Virus record (IMG/VR): IMGVR_UViG_3300031215_000009
Coordinates: 17,442 to 81,441 of that record
Reading direction: 5' to 3' (one strand)
DNA length: 64,000 nt
Origin: a virus
In this document: positions 9,077 to 18,620 of the stretch, in pieces
Position numbering within the stretch: the stretch's first letter is position 1
Layout of the letters: each line of letters starts with the position of its first letter
Program-made: the position numbers and the translations under genes
The notes under the pieces: model-generated
Seen by the model: only the letters and a program-made list of their open reading frames with translations
Told to the model about the DNA's origin: nothing
Database searches by the model: none

Positions 9077-10003
9077 ATGAACAAATTATATGAAGGTGGA
9101 AATGCCGTTAGTAACGTTATGCCAATTAGAGCAGAAGATACAATACCTACTCTTAAAGATATAGACACTAAAATTTTATCAAGATTTTTAAAATTAAAGA
9201 AAAATGAATGGGCTGCGTTAGGTTCAACAGGTAAAAAGTTACCCGGACAATCAAGTGGCGATATTGATTTAGCAATTGATATTAATAAAATTGCAAAATC
9301 TTATAAAATACAAACTAATGAAGTTGGTCAAAAAATACTTGATTTATTAGATTCTGCATATCCTAAGATGGAAAAAAACTATATGAAAGGATTAGAAATT
9401 ATTTCATTAGCTTATCCAATTAAAGGTTCTGGTGGAAATGTTCAAGTAGATTTGATGTTACAAGACAATATTGATTTTGCAAAATGGATGTTTCATAGTC
9501 CTGATTTTACTAAACACGAGTCTGAATGGAAAGGTTTATATAGAACGGAATTACTAAAAGCAATTGGTAATGCTATTTCTATTCCAGAAATGACAGAATA
9601 TTTTGAAGATGAATTTGAAGGAAAATATAAAGGAACTATAAAGAAATTAGCAAGAAATATGTTAGATCCAAACAAAGGTTATAAGAAACAATTGAAATCA
9701 TTTGTTGGTAAAAAAGGAACACCTGTAAAAACTGGGAAAAGTGAATATGAAGAACTTATAAGTAAAGACCCAGAATTCATTACAAAAGCATTATTAGGTC
9801 AATCTGCAACTATCAAAGATACTAATTCATTCGAAACTGTATGGAAAGTAATGCAAAACAAAGATTTCCCATGGAAAGACCAACTGAATAAAATTGTAGT
9901 TAAATTTGCAGAGGTTCTTAGAGGTAAAGGTTTACCTATGCCAAAAGAACTTGGTATTTCAGAGAATTCTCGAATGAAAAAGTTTTCAGATATTAGACAA
10001 TAA
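9077..10003 (+). CDS. Pol-beta superfamily nucleotidyltransferase
   Basis: LGSTGKK..SSGDIDLAI (hGS..DxD) and VQVDLM third Asp. Confidence 0.8.
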   Translation: MNKLYEGGNAVSNVMPIRAEDTIPTLKDIDTKILSRFLKLKKNEWAALGSTGKKLPGQSSGDIDLAIDINKIAKSYKIQTNEVGQKILDLLDSAYPKMEKNYMKGLEIISLAYPIKGSGGNVQVDLMLQDNIDFAKWMFHSPDFTKHESEWKGLYRTELLKAIGNAISIPEMTEYFEDEFEGKYKGTIKKLARNMLDPNKGYKKQLKSFVGKKGTPVKTGKSEYEELISKDPEFITKALLGQSATIKDTNSFETVWKVMQNKDFPWKDQLNKIVVKFAEVLRGKGLPMPKELGISENSRMKKFSDIRQ

Positions 10004-10004
10004 A

Positions 10005-10039
10005 TTTGTTTAACTTAAATAAAAATCGTATATTTACAT
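10005..10039 (+). promoter_or_regulatory. Bacteroidota housekeeping-sigma-like promoter
   Basis: TTTG ... CGTATATTTAC, resembling -33 TTTG / -7 TAnnTTTG. Confidence 0.5.
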
Positions 10040-10065
10040 AATATACAAAACTAAATTAATAAAAA

Positions 10066-10470
10066 ATGGCAGGACTACAACACTTATTCGATATTTATAG
10101 TAAACAAGGAAACGAGTTTATACAAGATATGTTTAGTAAACAATTAATTGTATCGGAAAAACCAGATGGTTGTCTAAAATATGATACTATTTTAGAAACC
10201 GAAGATGGATTAAAGACAATACAAGAAATATGCGAAACTCAATACAAAGGTAAAGTTAAATCATATTGTATAGAAACTAATAGTATAGTTTGGGATTGTA
10301 TAATAAATCATCTAATAAAGGAAGACCTTTCAAAAGTATGGTTTGAATTAGAATCTACCAATGGACAAATAATAACAGTAACTGGCAACCATAAAATATA
10401 CTGTTCAGATTTAAAAATGTGGAAAAGAGTTGATGAATTAGATGGTACCGAATTGTTATTGTTTAAATAA
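10066..10470 (+). CDS. ATP-dependent (RNA) ligase-like enzyme, N-extein (35 aa) + IntN (99 aa)
   Basis: SEKPDG motif I followed by CLKYDT block A and VTGNH block B. Confidence 0.88.
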   Translation: MAGLQHLFDIYSKQGNEFIQDMFSKQLIVSEKPDGCLKYDTILETEDGLKTIQEICETQYKGKVKSYCIETNSIVWDCIINHLIKEDLSKVWFELESTNGQIITVTGNHKIYCSDLKMWKRVDELDGTELLLFK

Positions 10471-10539
10471 AGAAAGGGTATCATAGGAATTGTAGTTCCT
10501 CGCCCTTTCTTTAAAATAATTATTAACTAATGTATTTAA
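10463..10539 (+). promoter_or_regulatory. endonuclease-associated promoter/bulged-hairpin cassette, copy A
   Basis: TTAAATA + TAAAGAAAGGGT/GCCCTTTCTTTA stem with inner AGGAAT-TGTA-GTTCCT, then ATGTATTTAA. Confidence 0.75.
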
Positions 10540-10589
10540 CACACTAAAAGAATGTCCAATTTGCAAAAAGAAAATGAAATTTTTTGTAG

Positions 10590-10753
10590 GTAGACCGTGA
10601 TGTAAATGCCGCTTGTAACATAAAATCTTTTACTTTAAAAAATATCTTGAGTACGGAACATACTCTTAAAAATCAAGGTAAGTTGCCAATATTAGTTGGA
10701 GCGTTAACCCTTGAAGCCCATCCCATCACCTCTGGCGTGGGTGGGTAGTTCAC
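10590..10753 (+). mobile_element. tnpB: IS200/IS605-family remnant: tnpB 3' end and right end (omegaRNA region)
   Basis: Frame from 10593 reads DRDVNAACNIKSF...EAHPITSGVGG*; terminal hairpin GAAGCCCATCCCA..TGGGTGGGTAG ending TTCAC. Confidence 0.8.
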
Positions 10754-10872
10754 TAGTTCTTTGGGAAACATATATAAATAATGCGAGTGATTCGGAATTA
10801 TTAAATACAATAACTAAAATAATATCAAATGGAAATAACGAAAATAAAATCTATAAAGAAATTAGACAATAA
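10754..10872 (+). pseudogene. C-terminal remnant of Vsr/DUF559-like endonuclease
   Basis: VLWETYINN.. resembles VIWEKDF of the intact nuclease at 24288; CPIC zinc-finger remnant at about 10553. Confidence 0.5.
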
Positions 10873-12052
10873 ATTTACTTGTTATGACATAACAACGGAA
10901 AAAACCCATAATTTCTTTGCTAATGAAATATTAGTTCACAATTCGTCATTTTCAGCACAACAAAGAGAAGATGGTGGTATGGATTTCTTTAAAAGAGATG
11001 ATAGACAACCAATATCTAAATTAGACAGAACAATAATGTCTTTATATGAACCACCAATTGAATTCATCGAAAAACAAATAGGTGATAAAAAGATTCCATC
11101 AAATTTAAGATTTGGATTTGAATATTTTCAAAATACTAAACCAGTTGCAATATCTTATGATGTATTACCTAAGAATGGACTTGTGTTAACACACATGAAA
11201 GAAATGAATGATAAAGGTAAAGTAACAAAATTTATTGATGATCCAAAAACTTTGAATAAATGGGCGAAATACTTTAATGTAGAGAACCCTTTTATCATTT
11301 TTGATGGTAAGTTAAGTCAATTACAAAAAGAACAATTAGAAGAGTTCCTTAACACACCATTCGAAGACTTAGTTGCTAAGTTTAAAACTTCATCGTTTAC
11401 TAAATACATTGTTTCTATTTTAAATCCAAAATTAAAAAAAACAGCACTAAATAATACTCTTGATAAACCAATTGAAGGATTAGTGTTCAAATTTAATGAT
11501 GGTGAGTATCTGGCAAAAGTAGTTGACCCAATGTTTACTCAAATGGCAAGAGATAAGGCAAATGCAAGACACGCTGAAAAAAAGAATAATAAACAAAGTT
11601 CTGATGAATTTGGATTAGTTCTTTATACTTTTATTAATTGGATAGAAGAAAATCAAATATTTAAAGATTTCATTGCAGATGGTGATAATGAAGATGAAAA
11701 ATATGTTGATTTAATGACAAGAATTGCAAAGCGTTTTATTGACGAAAATGCTATATTCTTAAAAGGATTGAATATCAAAAAACCAGATTTTGCTAAAGCA
11801 CCAGAATTTGCATTGAATACTAAAATGATTAAAAATAAAGAAGTTGTAGATTTCATAAATAAAAATAGAAACCAAGAAGAAATATTCAAAATTTTGTTAT
11901 CTGGGTTTAGGAAACTTAGAAAACGAAAAACTAATATGATTGATGAAAATTTGATGAAACAAATCAATTCAGTTGTAAATCAAATAAGAACAATTACAAA
12001 AAAAGTAAACGAAGAATTTCTTTCATTTTCAGATTGGAAGAAAACATTGTAA
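10829..12052 (+). CDS. ligase-like enzyme: IntC (38 aa) + C-extein
   Basis: YDITT..HNFFANEILVHN|SS; FGFEYF (motif III), IEGLVFK (motif IV), LAKVV (motif V). Confidence 0.88.
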   Translation: MEITKIKSIKKLDNKFTCYDITTEKTHNFFANEILVHNSSFSAQQREDGGMDFFKRDDRQPISKLDRTIMSLYEPPIEFIEKQIGDKKIPSNLRFGFEYFQNTKPVAISYDVLPKNGLVLTHMKEMNDKGKVTKFIDDPKTLNKWAKYFNVENPFIIFDGKLSQLQKEQLEEFLNTPFEDLVAKFKTSSFTKYIVSILNPKLKKTALNNTLDKPIEGLVFKFNDGEYLAKVVDPMFTQMARDKANARHAEKKNNKQSSDEFGLVLYTFINWIEENQIFKDFIADGDNEDEKYVDLMTRIAKRFIDENAIFLKGLNIKKPDFAKAPEFALNTKMIKNKEVVDFINKNRNQEEIFKILLSGFRKLRKRKTNMIDENLMKQINSVVNQIRTITKKVNEEFLSFSDWKKTL

Positions 12053-12078
12053 TTAAATACTAAAAATAACATAATATT

Positions 12079-12459
12079 ATGGCTAAGAAAAAAGAAGTGA
12101 TTAACAAAGAAGTAACAAAAGTTGTTGATGAAGTGACAATTGAAGAAACTTCGGTAACTGAAGAAAAAGTTGAAGAAAAAGTTGAAGAAAAAGTTGAAGA
12201 AAAAGTTGAGGAAAAAGTTGAAGAAAAAGTTGAAGAAAAAGTTGAAGAAAAAGTTGAAGAAATAGATGTAGATATTACTATCGAAAACCCGGTTAAAGAA
12301 ATAATTGTAAATGCTGTTATTGAAAATCCAAATTCTAAAAAAGTTGAAGGTAAAGGTAAAATTGTTAAATTATCACATAGAGTTGCAGTTTACGAAGATG
12401 GTACAGAACTAAAAATCACAAGTAAAAAACAACACGCTGAATTAAGAAAGCAAAGATAA
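12079..12459 (+). CDS. hypothetical protein with EEKV repeats
   Basis: ORF with late promoter; tandem 12-bp repeat. Confidence 0.65.
   Translation: MAKKKEVINKEVTKVVDEVTIEETSVTEEKVEEKVEEKVEEKVEEKVEEKVEEKVEEKVEEIDVDITIENPVKEIIVNAVIENPNSKKVEGKGKIVKLSHRVAVYEDGTELKITSKKQHAELRKQR
12160..12261 (+). repeat. 12-bp tandem repeat GAAGAAAAAGTT (about 8 copies)
   Basis: visible directly. Confidence 0.9.
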
Positions 12460-12502
12460 ATAACTACTACCATGTATGTAAAAGCCCTGTATGTAGTTTA
12501 AT

Positions 12503-12532
12503 AAAAGGTCTAGTTAATTCTAGACCTTTTTT
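12503..12532 (+). terminator. intrinsic terminator
   Basis: AAAAGGTCTAG/CTAGACCTTTT + T tract. Confidence 0.85.
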
Positions 12533-12565
12533 GTTTGTATTAAATAAGAAAACAAATATTATCAA

Positions 12566-15052
12566 ATGGCAAACGAAGATGTTATCAAAAAAGATATGAT
12601 TAGTGAACTAAAGGATATGGAATCTGAAAACGACCAACGTCATTTAGAACCTGTAAACGTAGTAGTTGGAAGATTTCAACCCTATACGATTGGTCATTTA
12701 AGTATGGCAAAAGAATTAGAAAAAATCAATGGTTTACCATCGGTTTATATTTATATAAGAAGTAAAAGTGGTAAAAATGCAAAATTTACAGATAAGTTGA
12801 CTATCAACTACATGGAAGATGTTGTTCAAGGTCAACCATTAGTAAGAGATGCCTGGGCAATGGAATCTGCATTTATTCCTGTTATTATACTTGAATCGCA
12901 AAGAAGAGGATATAATCCAGTACTTATTGGTGCAGGGGAAGATAGAGCAAAGTCATATAAAGGTATGGCAAAGAGAATGAAAGATGTTGTAACACACCCA
13001 GATTTCGAAATAAAAGAACTTAAAGGAAGAATAACATCAGCAACAGAAGTTAGACAAGCTATTTTAGATGATGACAAGAAAAAATTTAATAAACTTGTTC
13101 CCAAACAAGTACAACCATATTATACACAACTTAAAGCAGAATTAGAAGCAAGTTTAGTTGAATCTATTAATGTTTCTGATATTGTAAACAACTTTGATGT
13201 TGATATTGATGAGATGGAATCTATACTTTATAAATATGATGAAGATTTCTTTTCTGATGTATTGATTATTGAAAGTATTTTAGAATATGAACTAACACAA
13301 AAAACAATTAAAACTATGAATGAAGATACTATGTCCCCAGCAGTAAAAAAAGAAATGATTTCAGTAATTACTACCTATACAGGAGCAAGAAATTCTTTTA
13401 TTGAAAAAAAGATAGAAAATAATCCTAATTGGGATTGGAATAAAATTACATCTGCATTAACTTCTAAAGATAAAAAAGAAAAAAAGAAAGTAGTTGATGT
13501 TATTATGGGATGGGGTTCAGAAATAGATAAAAAATATATTAATGAATCTATTAATGAGGCTGCAATGTCTAAAGATACTAAGAAATTCCTTAAAGGGATG
13601 AAAAAGATTAAAATAAATGAATTAGGTGGATGGATGCCTGGTCATAAATATATTTATTTTGATAGTAATGATTCTAAATATTACTTTGTTGACTTTGAAG
13701 GAGATCACATGGAATTAAAAAACGAAGGCACACTAAAAGAATTAGAAAAATTCTTGAAAAAGAATGAATCTAATCATATTGAATTAGTACATGTTTACGA
13801 TGAAGATGGTTCATTATTCGGAACAGGTGAATTAATTAAAACTAAAGGAGATAAATCATTAGTTAGTTTTGATGCAAATACAGAAAAATGGGTTAAATCT
13901 AAATTAGTTAAACTTGTCGAATCTAAAGTGAATGAGAAACTTAAACTAAACAGTAACTATCCTGTATATCATCACACATTTGGTTCAGCATTAGATGCTA
14001 TTTCAGCATACGCAGAATCAGGTGGATATAATATCGACCAACAAGAATTCTTCACTGCATTTGGAGATGCCTTCTTTAAACCAAAGAAAGGTAAAACTTT
14101 AAGTAAATCAGTTGAATTGCAAGATAAAAACGGAAACGTAGTTGGTGTATTACATTCTTCAATATACAATAGAGGTGTTGATGGTAAAACATACGAATTG
14201 ACTATGTATTCTGACCAAACTAAAAAAGGATTGAGAGAATCAGTAAACGAAAGTAAAGGTAACTTTAAGGATGCTTTAAAAGTTATGAACTTTAAAGATG
14301 CTTCTAAAGAAGATGTACATAGTATGATTACAGATTTCTTTGGTGAAGATGGTGTTCCTGTATTAGAACACATGACATCTAAACATGGTGAATCAATAAA
14401 CAAAGCACACACAAGATTCTTCGAAAGAGTTATTGCATTCAAAAAAGGTGAATTAACTTTAGAATCTTTAGATAGTATAAAAGAAAGAGAATCAATTCCT
14501 TACTTATCTAAAATTACAGAATCTAAATTGGAATCATTTAAAGATGCACTTACAGAAATGGTAGGTTCTAATGAATATGAAGCTAAACTTGATGCCGCAA
14601 TTTGTATGTTAGTTAAATCTAACAGACCTGTTGTCTGGGAAGATTTCAAATCTCAAATGTTAAGTTGTGATTTCTTTAAGAAAGATTTTAAACCATTCTT
14701 AATGATGCAAGGTTTAAATGATTATCAGATTGATAAATTCATTGAAAATATACTTAGAGTAAAGTATCAACATTATACAAATTATTTCACTGGATCAATT
14801 CCATTGCAATATGTAAAGGAATCTGAACAAATTCTAGAAGCAACCGTCGAAGATGGACTAGCAGGAATTATTGCAAGATATACAGGAGCAAGAGCTACAC
14901 ACATTCTAAAAGTAATGGCAGAACAACCAGAAATTGATTGGACTAAAGTTGCAAAGGATATTTCAACTACTGATAAACATGGATTACGAAGATCATTCAT
15001 GTTCCCATCAAAAAAGGAAACAGAAAACTTTAATAAAGTATATTTAAAGTAA
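12566..15052 (+). CDS. multidomain protein with N-terminal HIGH-family (cytidyltransferase/NMNAT-like) domain
   Basis: VVGRFQPYTIGH, GAGEDR, ITSATEVR motifs; modules separated by INES/VNES-type linkers. Confidence 0.8.
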   Translation: MANEDVIKKDMISELKDMESENDQRHLEPVNVVVGRFQPYTIGHLSMAKELEKINGLPSVYIYIRSKSGKNAKFTDKLTINYMEDVVQGQPLVRDAWAMESAFIPVIILESQRRGYNPVLIGAGEDRAKSYKGMAKRMKDVVTHPDFEIKELKGRITSATEVRQAILDDDKKKFNKLVPKQVQPYYTQLKAELEASLVESINVSDIVNNFDVDIDEMESILYKYDEDFFSDVLIIESILEYELTQKTIKTMNEDTMSPAVKKEMISVITTYTGARNSFIEKKIENNPNWDWNKITSALTSKDKKEKKKVVDVIMGWGSEIDKKYINESINEAAMSKDTKKFLKGMKKIKINELGGWMPGHKYIYFDSNDSKYYFVDFEGDHMELKNEGTLKELEKFLKKNESNHIELVHVYDEDGSLFGTGELIKTKGDKSLVSFDANTEKWVKSKLVKLVESKVNEKLKLNSNYPVYHHTFGSALDAISAYAESGGYNIDQQEFFTAFGDAFFKPKKGKTLSKSVELQDKNGNVVGVLHSSIYNRGVDGKTYELTMYSDQTKKGLRESVNESKGNFKDALKVMNFKDASKEDVHSMITDFFGEDGVPVLEHMTSKHGESINKAHTRFFERVIAFKKGELTLESLDSIKERESIPYLSKITESKLESFKDALTEMVGSNEYEAKLDAAICMLVKSNRPVVWEDFKSQMLSCDFFKKDFKPFLMMQGLNDYQIDKFIENILRVKYQHYTNYFTGSIPLQYVKESEQILEATVEDGLAGIIARYTGARATHILKVMAEQPEIDWTKVAKDISTTDKHGLRRSFMFPSKKETENFNKVYLK

Positions 15053-15054
15053 AC

Positions 15055-15085
15055 AAAAAGGGAATCGTAATTGATTCCCTTTTTT
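15055..15085. terminator. bidirectional terminator
   Basis: AAAAAGGGAATC/GATTCCCTTTTT between convergent genes. Confidence 0.85.
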
Positions 15086-15112
15086 AATATGAATAAATGT
15101 GATTAATATCAT

Positions 15113-15937
15113 TTAATACCACGATTTACCCTGTGCTTTTAGTTTTTCTTTTAATTCCTTTGTTGGTCGTCCCCAATTATCATCATTAACCATTTCCCTG
15201 ACAATATCTCTAAAAGTATCTCCAGCTCCATAAGTTACTTTATGATGTTCTTCTTTAGACATTCCAGATTCTTTTGTTGTAGTTCCTTCTGTTTCGTTAT
15301 GATGTTCTACAAATGATGTTCCTACAAATATATGTGGAATTTGATGATGTTGCAATGCAACACTATACCAATTGTCACAAAACCAAAACTTTACACGTTC
15401 TTCGAGTTTACCTATTTTATCAAATACGTTTCTTGATTGAAATAAACACCAACCTGCAATATGTTGTCTCACACCATATCCAACTTCAATATTGTTTAAT
15501 TTCCTTTTATGCCACATTTCTCGTGGATTACAAGGAGATGCTGAAACAAATTCCCATTGTGCCGGATTTCCTTTTCTTTGTGCATTTATTAAACCTATTA
15601 TTTCAGACGCCCAACCTGGTTTAAATACTAAATCGTTGTTACATAAACAAGTCCATTCTGCAGACCCATGTTCTAATCCTACATTTAAGTATGTGTGATA
15701 CCCAAATTCTTTATCTGTATAAACAGTTTTAATAGAATGTCCTTTACCCTCAATATCATCATACGATGTGTCTTTGTTGGATTCTACTACTATTATATTA
15801 AATTTTATATTGCTGGATTCTTCACTATCTATAAGTGTTTCTATTGTTGTAAGTGATTCTTTGTGTAATTTTTTACTTTTCGCCCAGGATATGATAACCA
15901 TATCAACCTCAGTGTGTTTCAAATTAATTTGTGACAT
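15113..15937 (-). CDS. glycosyltransferase family 2
   Basis: VDMVIIS, IIVVES, YLNVG, LCNND (DxD-like), FWFCDNWY. Confidence 0.8.
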   Translation of the reverse strand: MSQINLKHTEVDMVIISWAKSKKLHKESLTTIETLIDSEESSNIKFNIIVVESNKDTSYDDIEGKGHSIKTVYTDKEFGYHTYLNVGLEHGSAEWTCLCNNDLVFKPGWASEIIGLINAQRKGNPAQWEFVSASPCNPREMWHKRKLNNIEVGYGVRQHIAGWCLFQSRNVFDKIGKLEERVKFWFCDNWYSVALQHHQIPHIFVGTSFVEHHNETEGTTTKESGMSKEEHHKVTYGAGDTFRDIVREMVNDDNWGRPTKELKEKLKAQGKSWY

Positions 15938-15975
15938 TGATGTGTTTGTTTAAAATAAATGATTCTTATTTGTTA

Positions 15976-15986
15976 TTTAATAAGTA
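15976..15986 (+). promoter_or_regulatory. putative middle promoter TTTAATAAGTA (representative copy)
   Basis: same motif at 25866, 41580, 61597 and variant at 63835, mostly ahead of replication/DNA metabolism operons. Confidence 0.55.
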
Positions 15987-16003
15987 TAAAAACACACTAT
16001 TCT

Positions 16004-16252
16004 ATGGAAATACACATAAACAATATATTAGACTTGAGTTTAGTTAATGAAGATGTTACTCATTTTGTTAATTTATTTGGGTTACTTAAAGATACAATTA
16101 ATTCATCTGAAAAATCAGTAGGGTTTAAAAAGAAAGGAAAAATAACAGTCGAATTGACAGAAGAATCTATTGAATTTATAATGAAAATGTGCGAATCTGC
16201 AGGTATAATAACAGAAGATGAAATAGAAAATCAAAACCAAGAACAAGAATAA
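16004..16252 (+). CDS. hypothetical protein
   Basis: likely start MEIHINN downstream of promoter motif; coupled to polB. Confidence 0.6.
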   Translation: MEIHINNILDLSLVNEDVTHFVNLFGLLKDTINSSEKSVGFKKKGKITVELTEESIEFIMKMCESAGIITEDEIENQNQEQE

Positions 16253-16254
16253 AT

Positions 16255-17763
16255 ATGATATTAGATATTGAACAAACAAAATACACCAATTCGGTAAAAA
16301 TTTCTTATATTGATGCAAACAGGAATAGACAAATTCTTGACATTCCTAAAAGAGATTTTTGGAAATGGAAGTATAATGAAGGTGCAAATGCAGATTCTAC
16401 TTTTAAATCTTGGGATAACAAAGGAGTTGTTAGGTGTTCATATAAAGATTCTGATAATATAGACAAGAAAAGTATATGGGAATGGATCAATGCACAACCA
16501 GAATACAAAGACTTGTTATATCAATTCAATATACCAAAGATTCTTTTTTGTGATATTGAAACAGATATTCATGATGGATTTCCAGATGTAACTTTAGCAA
16601 AAGAAAAAATTACTTGTATTACCGTTTGTTATAAAGATGATAAAGGTGTTGTACAAGTAATAATTTTAGGTGAAAAGGAAAACTTTGATTACGACAAACA
16701 AAAGAAAATGAATGATTTCATTGCTGATTATTTTTCAAAAATATCAGATTTGAAATTTGTATTGAAATATGTATTTATTCCAGATGAAAAGAAATTATTA
16801 GAATCATTTGTTAAGATTTGTTCTAAGTTTCACGTTTTAACTGGTTGGAACTTTATTAATACCTTCCGTTCAAAGTGGTTTAATGACAGTGGATTTGATT
16901 GGCCTTTCTTATCAAAGAGAATGGAAAACTTAGGAGTTGATTACAGATCAATTTCACCAACAAGAAACATTGCAAAGAAAAAAGATGTTGGTAATGTACC
17001 AAGTCACTTTGCAGTTGTTGATTATATGTATTACTTTGATGCATTTGATAGAAGTATTAAAGTAAAAGAATCTAAATCATTAGACTTTGTTTCTGGGGAA
17101 GTTCTTAAAGTTAAGAAATTAAAATATGGAAACTATCCAGTAATGGATGGTGATGTTCTTAAAGAAATGTATGATAAAGATTATTATACTTATTGTTTAT
17201 ATTGTGCCGTAGATACTATTTTAGTTCTATTAATACACGAAAAAAGACAACCATTCTCAGCAATCTTAGCACAAGGTAATGATTCCGGTAATCATATCGA
17301 CAAAGCAGATTCTGCTGTAAATGTTACAGAAGGATTTATGTCTAAGGCTTACTATAAGGACAACAAAGTAATGCCAATGATTGATATGACTAAAAGGAAA
17401 AAAGAATGGTATGAAGGTGCCTTTGTGAAGGCCCCTTTAGCAGGTTTACACGAATTAACATGTTGTTATGACTTTAGTTCACTATATCCATCAATATCAA
17501 GATTCTTAGAATTAGGATTTGAAAACTTTGATAGAAAATTAACAGATGATTTGAAAAAGTATGTAAACTATAAACCAGTTTCACTTAAATTAGAAAGACC
17601 AAAGAATGATGAGATTGTAAGTGTTACCGGTTGTGTATTCAAAAAAGGTGAATCAACATTAAAAAAAGTTTATGATGAATTGTACGCTGCAAGGAAAAAT
17701 AATCAATACCGAGCAAAATTATGTGCAAAAATCGCTCATGAATTAAAAGAAAAAAGTAAATAA
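16255..17763 (+). CDS. gp43: family B DNA polymerase fragment 1 (exonuclease + motif A)
   Basis: CDIET ExoI, TGWN..FDWPF ExoII, YCAVDT ExoIII, YDFSSLYPS motif A; ends in fingers helix. Confidence 0.93.
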   Translation: MILDIEQTKYTNSVKISYIDANRNRQILDIPKRDFWKWKYNEGANADSTFKSWDNKGVVRCSYKDSDNIDKKSIWEWINAQPEYKDLLYQFNIPKILFCDIETDIHDGFPDVTLAKEKITCITVCYKDDKGVVQVIILGEKENFDYDKQKKMNDFIADYFSKISDLKFVLKYVFIPDEKKLLESFVKICSKFHVLTGWNFINTFRSKWFNDSGFDWPFLSKRMENLGVDYRSISPTRNIAKKKDVGNVPSHFAVVDYMYYFDAFDRSIKVKESKSLDFVSGEVLKVKKLKYGNYPVMDGDVLKEMYDKDYYTYCLYCAVDTILVLLIHEKRQPFSAILAQGNDSGNHIDKADSAVNVTEGFMSKAYYKDNKVMPMIDMTKRKKEWYEGAFVKAPLAGLHELTCCYDFSSLYPSISRFLELGFENFDRKLTDDLKKYVNYKPVSLKLERPKNDEIVSVTGCVFKKGESTLKKVYDELYAARKNNQYRAKLCAKIAHELKEKSK

Positions 17764-17808
17764 ATGCATTTAATAATAAACAAGTAACAAATAGTAAATT
17801 TAAAATTA

Positions 17809-18597
17809 ATGAAAAAAGTAGTATTAAAAACAGTAGACTTAGTAAAGTTCAATAGCTTTATAGATTCTTTAATCCCACTTAGTGAATCGGGAACAATATA
17901 TTTCAAGATTGATTCAGAAGGATTAAGTACAGATTCACACAATAGTAGTGGAACTATTATTAAAAGTTTGAGAACAAGTATAGGTGAAATTTGTGGTGAA
18001 AGCAACTTAGATAAAGTTGAAGGACCAATTAAATTTTGTTTCTATGATGGTAAAAAAGTAAAAAAAGCATTTTCATTCCTAAGTGGTAGTGATATTAAAT
18101 GTGAAATTACATTTCAAAAATTAGATTCAACAGGTGAATTGTTTGCAGAATCTATGAGAGTTTCAAGTCCTAAAATATCATTTACCTTAGATGCAGCAGA
18201 CCCTGATTTATTCGAATTTGCAAATGTACCAGCAGAATCTATTGCAGAGGTAAAAGATGTAACAAATGCTGATTGTAACTTTAGAATGACAGCAAATGAA
18301 ATTTTACAAGTTCAAAAGTTTTTTGACTTTGATACAAATGAAGAAGTTGAATTTCAAGTTAATGGTGAAGTAAGAGTTGTTTCTGAAGGTGCATATAATA
18401 TTGCAATATCAGATGATTTTGAAGGTTTATCAGGTGGTGGAACAAATTCTTATAAAGTTTCAAAAGACTTGTTTAAATTGTTAGATTTCAACACTTATAT
18501 AGTTTATCCATTGATAGATGAATGTAAAATCATTTTCGAAGCAGAAGATAAAACATCAGAAGTAGTACTTACCTTACACGAAGATTTAGAATTGTAA
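17809..18597 (+). CDS. gp45: sliding clamp (gp45-like)
   Basis: about 260 aa acidic alpha/beta two-domain pattern, located within polB locus. Confidence 0.65.
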   Translation: MKKVVLKTVDLVKFNSFIDSLIPLSESGTIYFKIDSEGLSTDSHNSSGTIIKSLRTSIGEICGESNLDKVEGPIKFCFYDGKKVKKAFSFLSGSDIKCEITFQKLDSTGELFAESMRVSSPKISFTLDAADPDLFEFANVPAESIAEVKDVTNADCNFRMTANEILQVQKFFDFDTNEEVEFQVNGEVRVVSEGAYNIAISDDFEGLSGGGTNSYKVSKDLFKLLDFNTYIVYPLIDECKIIFEAEDKTSEVVLTLHEDLEL

Positions 18598-18620
18598 AAT
18601 TTGGGAATATAAAAGTATTT

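Noticed and set aside
12160-12261. CRISPR array
   Set aside because: In-frame tandem coding repeat without spacers; no array found in the window
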